The notes beneath the pieces were generated by a model that saw only the letters and a list, made by a program, of their open reading frames with translations, was not told the DNA's origin and ran no database searches. Below are positions 53,811 through 64,000 of a stretch of 64,000 bases of DNA, one piece after another; positions within the stretch are counted from its first letter, which is position 1, and every line of letters begins with the position of its first letter. Source of the DNA: Octopus vulgaris (lineage: Eukaryota); the NCBI GenBank assembly GCA_951406725.2, contig OX597814.1, positions 179,242,001 to 179,306,000 on the forward strand. Reading direction: 5' to 3'. The translations under genes were made by a program, and so were the position numbers.

Positions 53811-54780
53811 CTATTCAGACTTTTAACCAGCCCCTCCTCGGATGACGAGCTACTATTTTTCGTTATCATCACCATTACCGCGCATCCACCTTCAAACAAG
53901 GGGGGAAAGTGTCAACAAGGCAACCGTAAGGTGCAAAACAAGGTGTCGTTAGACACAAAACAGTTAAACAATTTAAAAAACAAAACAGTAACAAACAATT
54001 TAACTCACAGAAAAATTCATGATGCTAACCCTACTACTACTTACTTCCCATAACGACTGACTGTCTTACTTTATAACGACATTTAATACCACTTTGTCAC
54101 GTGGGATGGGAAATATCATTTTCACTTCAACAACATCCCTTCTACTGTTTTTTTCTTTGAGAAGCAAGTAATTTTATTTTACTTTATTCACCTCTTCTCC
54201 CTTTAGCGTTTTTCGTTTCTAACTTGATATTTTTTTCTTTATGGCGCCTATTTGTAGGAACTCTGTGTTCTTCCATTTTCTTCCACTTGTACGCGTGGTT
54301 TCACCCACCTATAACAGTGTTGGTACCTGGAATGTATCATACAGCCATTCCATAGGTTCTTTCAATCTGTCTGATTCATTTTCTATGAATCTCTTCTTCA
54401 ATTGGTTTCTGTGTCTTTTTTCAATACTTTTTCTCATTTTAATTCGTGAGCTCGATCCTGTATCCCCAGCAGTTGATTCTATTAGTCCTTGTGGCCCTCA
54501 ATATCCTTGGCCCCATCCTTAATGTTGAACATTATAGCTGTCATCAGCCATGCTTCTTCTAGTTCTGGGGGTAAATTTGAAACGTTTATATTAATTTAGC
54601 ATTAGAATTCTTCAAGATGTATAAAAAGTAGTTATTGTCTGCATCATTCGAAAGAGAATTAAATTATGCATAAGGTGTAAACGATAAAAATAATTTGTAT
54701 GGTGTTAGTAACAAAAATATTTTATAAGAAATGGAACTTTTACCATCGGTCTTAAATTTATTTTCGCCAGTGTGTATATA

Positions 54781-54817
<37 letters not shown>

Positions 54818-55440
54818 GTTGTATATCTAGATTCAACTCGTGTTTTTGTGAGATTAAACAGATACAACTCAACGATTTAGCTTAATCCTTATCCTCGACA
54901 TTGAGACCGCACTTACCAAAGAATCGTTTCCTTCACAAGTATCCAAGATTTTAAAATGAACATAACCGTTCTAAAACTCCAGGAGAGGAAATTTTCTCGG
55001 ACCTTTTCTGTTTGTCTGCAACTGTGGAAATTTTGAAGTTTAGTGGAAATTCTGAACTTGAATAAATTGATGTAATTTTCCACTCTGAATTTCAGGGGCT
55101 AATTCGCCTTTTCCAGAAGAATTTTTTTTTTTTAAATTACAGCGATTTAAAGATTGCTCATTTTTGCTCAGTCAGAAAAATGGATTTGGAAGCTGTCATT
55201 TTGTGCGTGACTATACGAATTGTCAACATTGCGAAAATAGCATGTGTTTTAATATGAGACTGTAAACAATTGAACTAATAACGGAATGTGCACGACATAT
55301 AACTCCTCTTAACTTTTTTTATTTTTTGGAATTTTCAGAAATATTTTTGCGAATTTATATTCCACACAACGGGAATTTATTCGATTATGCAAAATAAAAA
55401 AAATAAAAAAATATAAAGAAACGTTTGGTCACTGATTTAA

Positions 55441-55801
55441 GGATATATAACTGTTATTTTTAGCACATCTCACAGCCACCTCATACTTCGTATTTTAAGC
55501 ATTTAATAAGCGACAAATGATCACGTGACTTGACAGGAGAGCAACAGAGGGGTAAGCAACTTGGCCACTACTTTGCTTGTTTCTATGGAAACAGGCACCT
55601 ATATGTCTGTTGTTTTTCATTGGCTAAAATTTCCCAAAATTTGCAAACTCTAAAATCTACTAACTCTATTTATTGATTTATGGTGAAAATGAATTACATG
55701 TCAAGGATTACCATACAAAACGACACCAATACACCAAATATGAAATCACTTGGAACACAAGTGGAAGAAATCGAAAAATGGCAGCTAAATGGGAAAGATC
55801 C
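55441..55801. mobile_element. Possible MITE-like element (GGAT..ATCC ends)
   Basis: The right end GAAAGATCC resembles the end of the 40352-40782 MITE. No TSD was found. Confidence 0.3.
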
Positions 55802-57225
55802 GTTTTCTCTTGGTGTTGCATGATATTTACTAATAATCGAACGGGTTGCTTTGTATCAGCAAATACCCACATTATGAGTGTGGCATAGCGTGTTTTCTTA
55901 ATGTCTTGTTCTAAATGTGAAAATTCTAAAACTAACATTACCATCTTTCTGAAAGCAAGATTGAGTGAGTAACAGCGGCAGCATCGAGGCCTGTCAGGTG
56001 ACATGGAAAATCTAAAAGGGTAGTTTCTTACTGATTCTGGGCTTCTGTCTAGCAAGCATTGAGATTATGTCGACATACAAAGATAGCACACTGCAAAAAG
56101 AGCAAATTTGCTTTCCTAGACCAACGCTTTACATTTCAGTTGGGTAACACCAATGTAATCGTAGTTTCTCGTACGTTAGCTTCCGTACTTTTACAGTATT
56201 TTCCTCTACCGAAAAGTATGCACGTTACACTACCCTGCCATCTTAATTCGATACTTTTCTGTATTGCTTCTCAAATATTTACCCATTCACTATGCGTATA
56301 TAGTTATACATTTTCAGCAGGCGCCTGAATACAGTCTGTGCGATTTTTCCTATTAAGTATGAATTCAACATCATTTTGAGCCGTAGAATTATCATACGAT
56401 GTTGCCAGATTTAATATTCGACCGAAATCGAATGGCTATTTGTAACTGAAAATGGTGATGTACGTGTTTGTACTTTTAATTCTTGATCAAGAAAGATTAT
56501 TACTTTTTCAGACCATTGGTATACTATTATTTTCTATTTTTGCAAATGTCATTTTCACCACTCTTCCACACTTCCATCCCGTCAAATAGATATAATTTTT
56601 TTCCTATTGCTTCGAGTCATATGATAAATCCAAAAATATTACATTGGCAATATGAAAACTTAGAATTAAAATTACAATGAGGATGTTCATAAAATCTGAG
56701 TATAAAGAGTTTTTGACTCTCTTTCAGAGACGGAACATGGCTACGTGGTTTATAAATGCACAACACAACTTTCTATCATATTGGCAGACTAAAACGTTCC
56801 ACTCTCCGTAATGGCATCTAGCTCGAGAGGCAAAAATAGCGATGTTCGCTCCTCTATTTCATTACATTTTCGCTGTACACTCATCATTTACATATAGCTT
56901 TTAAAAATTTTACTTCTGATTCTATTTATTGATTGTAAATTATTCCTTTAAATGCACTATATTTTATTGAATACTCGAATTCAATGATTGTTTATTGTTA
57001 TACGATGAGGATATTAAAAGATGCAGCTAGATATTTGGAAATAACGAAATAATACTATAGGTTTTATGACGTAGATTAAAATTCTTATCTTCCATCTGTC
57101 TTTAATTTTGGCGATTAATACAGTTAATACAGATGGCGAGAAAAATAATCCAGTCATAAAGAGTATACAGAACACTGACCTGAACTGAATTTGAACTTTC
57201 ACACTTTGATTTATGTTGGTCAATA

Positions 57226-57635
57226 GGCGCAGACGTGAGTCCATGGTAATAAGTTTGCTTCCCAATCACATGCTTTCAGTTTCAATCTTACTGTGTTGCA
57301 TCTTGGTAACTATCTTTTACTATAGCCATGGACCGATGAGAGACTTGTGAGTGAATTTGGTAGACAGAAACAGGAAGAAACTCGCCTTGTATGTATCTAT
57401 CTATTCGCTTATGTATTTGTACTTGTGATTCTACCCTCACTGCCGCTTGAAAACCGACGTTGGTTTGTTTACGTTCTCATAAAGTAGCGGTTTGTCATCA
57501 TGGCCTAATAGAATATGTACCAAGCTTCAGACAGAGAAAGAAAATCATCGAGTCGATTCGTTGAACTAAAACACCTCAGGGCAGTGCCCGAGGTGGCTGC
57601 AGTCTAGTTACTGAAAACAATAAAGATAAGAGATA
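57226..57635 (+). mobile_element. Degenerate SINE family B
   Basis: GGCGCAGACGTG..AAGTTTGCTTCCCAA..CTTGTGAGTGAATTTGGTAGAC..GCAGTCTAGTTACTGAAA. Confidence 0.7.
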
Positions 57636-57714
57636 AACAAGATCACAGTTTCTTGCTCTGGAGGAAAAGCAACTCCAGGAATATGATGCATAACATGTAA
57701 ATAATTCTCAGGAA

Positions 57715-58390
57715 AATTGACAAAAGGGCCTAAAATTCTGAGGGAAGTAATTAATCGGTATCGACTCGAGTGGTCAACTGACACTTATTTTAGAGATCCC
57801 GAACTGTGGAAAGGGAAAGTCAGCCTCGGTGAAACTAATACTCAGGATATAAAAACGGACGAAATATCACTATGCATTTTCTCTGGAGTGCAAGCTCGCA
57901 TTCTTATACCATGTAAATAATACAAAAATCTATATATTTACTTTTTTATTAATTACACACACGCACACGCCCACACACAAGGAAACCACACATACACACA
58001 TACACACACACGCACAGAAACACATACACACACACGCACAGAAACACACACACACACAGAGAAACACGCACGCACAAGGCGATGAGTTGACTAAATCTGA
58101 AAATGCTTTGTGGTATTTTGTTCCGGCATTTTACTTTCAAAGTTCATTATGCTCGAATCATGGAAATTAACTTTCTGTTTCTTTACTACCCACAAGGGGC
58201 TAAACACAGAGGGGAAAAACAAGGACAGACAGACGGATTAAGTCGATTATATCGACCCCAGTGCGTAACTGGTACTTAATTTATCTACCCCGAAAGGATG
58301 AAAGCAAAGTCGACCTCGGCAGAATTTGAACTCAGAACGTAACGGCAGACGAAATACGGCGTGCTAACGTTTCTGCCATTTCGCCGCCTT
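57715..58390 (-). mobile_element. SINE family A copies (degenerate 57715-57895; long-tailed copy 58170-58390)
   Basis: CCCACAAGGGGCTAAACACAGAGGGG..CGAAAGGATGAAAG..TTTGAACTCAGAACG..TCGCCGCCTT. Confidence 0.8.
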
Positions 58391-58803
58391 AATCTCTTGG
58401 AAATTAACTTTCATCTCTAACTCGGATTATGGGGGTTGATAAAATGATGTAGATGGTATTCGCTATCCCCACCCTTCAAATTTTCTTGCCCTTGAAAATC
58501 ACAAACAATTAATCATTATTATTTATTGCAACCGGTGTATGCTGGTACACACACGCACAAACACACAAACACACACACTAATATAAATATATATACACAT
58601 ATATATTAAAAAAATGGCAGAGGGACAACGACAGAGACTTACTAAACGTAAACAGATATGACATCAGAGACAGTTATTCTTGATTCCCCAATACAATGTT
58701 GAATACTCGAATAATAAGTTAATTGCAATAATATAAAGAATAAAAATCATTCAATGTCTTTATCTCTTCATTGATTTTCGAAAACGTAGAAGAAATTTTT
58801 ACG

Positions 58804-59327
<524 letters not shown>

Positions 59328-59394
59328 CCTCGTGTGTACCGTTGGCGATATTTTTTCCTCTGTCTTCCCTTCTCTGGATCTTTCCTTCTCCTAT

Positions 59395-59428
59395 GTTTCC
59401 GATGAAGAGCTCCGCTCGAAACGTTAAA
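59395..59428 (+). ncRNA. Minimal type I HHR motif (U4C substitution in this copy) within a TA-flanked insert at 59325-59530
   Basis: gttt-CCGATGA-a-gagc(tcc)gctc-GAAA-cg-TT-aaa. Confidence 0.65.
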
Positions 59429-59632
59429 ACCTCCTTCTTTCCTTCTTTCCTGAGCGTCCAATAATACTATATTTGTTCCACGTCCTCGCGTTGTTGTGTT
59501 TTTTTTTGTGTTTTCTTGTTTGGATTAACTATATATATGTATGTATGTATGTATATATATAATGGCAGCATTACACTTAGTCGTACGTTCAAAGAAACAC
59601 ATAGGCGCATTTGCGTGCCATTCCAAAAATCT

Positions 59633-59672
<40 letters not shown>

Positions 59673-61171
59673 CACGGTTTTTAGCCCTTTAAATATACGC
59701 ATGTATTAGAATATATATATATAAATAAATTTTCTAAGTACCTCATTTCTTCTAATATAACATACCTGTTCATCATCTCCAAACCTTCTAACATATATAT
59801 ATATGCATAAACATGTGTCTACATATACTCTCACACACATATATATGTACATGTATCAATGTATACATACACATACGCACACATCAGTTCACGCTAATAT
59901 ACTTTACTTACATATGCACGCATGTTTGATGATTGAGGAAAAGAAATGTTTGCAGTATTCTTTCCCCTCTTTTCTTTAAATCACGTGTTTAATTACTTAA
60001 TCTCTGACGACATAATGAAAAGCTAAATTTTACTATTAAATTTCTTTATATTTAATCTAAGTTAATTTGTAATTGACTTAAGAAGCCGACAGCGAAAAGG
60101 AAGTAAATCTTCCAACAGCAACTCATACATATAGATAAATGGAAATTGTACGGAAACCAAGGCTTCAGAGAATAGTGAAACATCAAAAAAGGCTGAACAA
60201 CGGAAAAGTAAGAAAACTTTTTCACAAAAGAATCCGAGTATTTAGCACAACATGTAAACCAGCTGTTCAAGAATTTGAACCTTGGGATCTCCATCTCCAG
60301 CGACTTCGAGGTCCACCTCCCAGTGGTGTCGGGCGTCAACGAAAAGCCCTCGACTACAAGACGACCAAAGATTTTTTTTTCCAAGGTCTGGGTTTCCCGC
60401 CCCTAAGCCCTAGACCATCAACTAATCACCCTTACCCGTCTTGTTGCTTAACAAGATATAAACAAGCTACTGCTGTGTGATCACACTTGTCTTGTTGAGT
60501 AAGGGCTAATTTGGTCTTGAGGCGAATAATAAATACATAATCCACGCCAGTTAATCATCGACCTGTACGTACTTCTGTAATCGAATATTTAACGATTCGC
60601 TGCAATTTTTATAAAAATAAAACCCTTAGGAACCCAACGAGTTTGTGTCAAATTTAGGTTGAAATTCGAAAATTATTATTACGAATACTTGTCCAATGTT
60701 GTATCTAATCTAAAAGAAGAATTACGTCTTACAAAATGTCACGATCTGTAACACTATCAAACTAGCTGTTAACACACACCATAACAGATTTCTAAGACAA
60801 GGGAAGGGTCGTATAAAAAACAGCTTCCTATGACCTGGGAAAAACGACACCACACTATCCCTGAGGAGGTCGTTACCTAGAAAAGATCGTCCCGCAACTT
60901 ATTTTTAAAGCGTTGTACAGATTAACAAAAATAAAACAGAAACCAGGTCGGAAGGATTAGGTGTTTAGAAAAGGTGAAGAGTGTGAAATGAAAAATGTCA
61001 TGGATGAGAGAGGCGACGCCTGAGAAATGCATTGCGGTAGAGGACCACCAGAGCCTCTGGAACTTTTCCTTGCATTAACCTTGCAAAGATCTCTTGAGAT
61101 CCCCCCAAAATTCATTAAAGATTAAGGCCACTATTTCTTCTCGGAATAACTATCAGAAGGTTCTTTGCTTG

Positions 61172-61222
<51 letters not shown>

Positions 61223-61261
61223 ATGCGTGTGTGTGTGTATGTATATATATATATATGTATG

Positions 61262-61300
<39 letters not shown>

Positions 61301-61743
61301 GTATATATATACATACATACATAAATATGCAAAAATATATATACATTTATTTATAAATTAATGTGTATATATATTTTTCTTTATGCACATATATGATATA
61401 TGTATAATCATATGTATATATATATATATATATATATAAACACTCGCACGACCTGTGTGCTACGAGTGTACATATGAATTGGTGTGTAAGTGTATATGTG
61501 TATATATTGCTGCGCTGTTTGATTCTTAATACAACTTCTCTGCAGAGAATTCGTTCAGATTTGAATGTGAATTATTTCGTCTCGGCTCAAAGAAACATTA
61601 GAGCTGTTCACGTTATCAGATCCTTTGAGTGTTTGCTAGAATTATTGCTTTAGGTACCGTTTTCCTTAGAGGATTTTATTTCACGTTTATACATACGCAT
61701 GTACAAACATCATATATAGTTGTGTGTGTGTCTGTGTGTGTGT

Positions 61744-61774
<31 letters not shown>

Positions 61775-62110
61775 TATGCATATATATGCATATATACATA
61801 TATATACGTATAAGCATACACACATGCATACATTCACAATCATATTTAGGTTTTATGCGGGTTTTTTTTCATTTATGATGTTATAATGACTTGAAATGTA
61901 ACACATGTTATTCCCCACTTTTACACGACAGAATTTTCCAGAATATTCCTCATTTGATCATACTTTATGGGGTGTATTATGATATATTTCAACGTCCTAT
62001 GTATAAATAAATAAATAAATAAATTCTTATCAACTTATACTCCTATATACTGTTATTCTTGCGTGCGGAGACTGAGGTATGACATTCGCTGCACGCACAC
62101 GCATTATATA

Positions 62111-62159
<49 letters not shown>

Positions 62160-62187
62160 TATATATACATATACATATATACGTGTG

Positions 62188-62252
<65 letters not shown>

Positions 62253-62888
62253 CATATAAAGAGCGACAAGCGCTCACTCATAGACCCACGCGCACTCAAA
62301 TACACACACACATATATGTTTATTGATATATGTACAATTATGTTCTAGCACTGATATGCATGTACGTCACCATCAGAATTTACATACTGTGACTAAATTC
62401 CTGATGGTGCCGTAACCTAGAAGATGATATCATGCTCTGAGCATCTTAGGAGGTAGTGGGGCCAACCATTTTGTGGGGTAATCAGAAAAAACTTCTTACA
62501 TGCTGTAAGGCTAACTGACAACAAGAAAAGTAGGGAGAAAAATATTGACACAAATACAGGATTGCTATCTTTTTTGTCTGCTCGGGAATGATGAAAGGTG
62601 AAGTTAAACTTGGATAGAAAGATAAATAGACAGATAGATAGAGAGAGAGAGAGAGGGGGGAGAGAGAGATACATACACACATAGATAGACAGGCAGAGAG
62701 AGATAGATATATAGAGAGACAGATAGATTGATTGATTGATTGATTGATTGATAGATGGAGAGAGAGATAAATAGATAGGTAGACAGACAGACAGACAGAG
62801 AGGTAAGTAGGTAGGCAATGGCGGTGCTCCAGCATGGCCGCGGCCTCAATGCTTATACATATAAAAGAATAAAAGTATATATATATAT

Positions 62889-63165
62889 CTTCGAAACGCG
62901 GAGTAGATGAAACAGAAGCGCCTGAAGAAGGGGAATGTTCTTTGTGTTGTTTGTCTTGTACTCTATTTTTTCGTTGTTTAAGAAAAATGTCCATTTCTTG
63001 GTTTTGTGTTTATGTTTTCGTTTCTCATTGTGTTCGACGGTTTTTTTTTTGGTTTTTTTTGGTGTCCTGTACCCATATATGCATGTATATATACATATAG
63101 ATGTAGGTACGTACATATATGTATGTATATATGCATATGTTTTATTTATTATTTTGTTATATATA
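62889..63165 (+). mobile_element. PLE-LTR-like insert, paralog of 58905-59270, with a type II HHR-like motif
   Basis: cttc-GAAA-cgcggag-TA..CTGAAGA-agggg at 62889-62933. The body is homologous to 59070-59270. Confidence 0.6.
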
Positions 63166-63484
63166 TACGAGTTTGTATGATTCTGTATAGAAGAATATAC
63201 GAATCAATGAAATTCCAAGCTAGTCTGGTTTTCACGTTTTATTATTTCCAATTTTTATAATTTTACTATGTTATAATACAATAATATATATTTATTGTGA
63301 TAAAATATTATGTATCTCAATAAATATATAATATTCTAAACGATCATCAGTCACTGATTATATAATATTCTATTATAATATTGTAAAAATTGCAAACAAT
63401 AAAACGTGAAAATCAGACTAGGTTGGAATTTTATTGATTAATGTATGTGTGTGTGTATGGATATATATATATATATATATATAT

Positions 63485-63521
<37 letters not shown>

Positions 63522-63530
63522 CACACATAG

Positions 63531-63575
<45 letters not shown>

Positions 63576-63585
63576 CATATATACA

Positions 63586-63651
<66 letters not shown>

Positions 63652-63733
63652 TACATTCACATAATATACAAATACATTATATTTACATTGGCATAATACA
63701 TATACACATCGATGTACGTACAAATATTCTTAT

Positions 63734-63773
63734 ATATACTAATCTACGCGGATATATATTTTTGCACGTAGAA

Positions 63774-63848
<75 letters not shown>

Positions 63849-63889
63849 CTTCTACGTGCAAAAATATATATCCACGTAGATTAGTATAT
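63734..63889. repeat. Palindrome with ~41-bp unique arms centred on a (TA)n tract
   Basis: ATATACTAATCTACGCGGATATATATTTTTGCACGTAGAAG, then (TA)n, then its reverse complement with 1 mismatch. Confidence 0.92.
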
Positions 63890-64000
63890 GTGTGTATGTT
63901 TTTTTGTGTGTGTATTTATATTAGGTTCATATGCTATAGAGAATAGGGTAGGTCGATTTTGGGACTGTAATCTTGGACTAGTTTAGATAGAAAAGTATTA

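Noticed and set aside
60139-60480. 113-aa basic ORF
   Set aside because: No recognisable domain. It is probably an unclassified retroelement 3' remnant.

Overview
AT-rich, microsatellite-dense eukaryotic DNA with no host protein-coding exon I can support. Almost all short ORFs in the track are simple-repeat artefacts. The repeat inventory resembles an octopus (coleoid cephalopod) intergenic or intronic region; this is an inference from repeat types. It holds four tRNA-derived SINE families, a young 5'-truncated RTE LINE nested in a decayed Penelope-like element (PLE), a second PLE, R4/Dong-like and Tx1/L1-like LINE remnants, a Tc1 element, mariner remnants and a Merlin-like MITE with TTAGGG repeats. 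The most striking signal is about ten short PLE-LTR-like inserts, mostly in or beside (TA)n tracts, carrying minimal hammerhead ribozyme (HHR) motifs. Their catalytic-core 3-8 pair co-varies between families (C-G, U-A, G-C), and several occur as long fold-back palindromes. All alignments and folds were done by eye.
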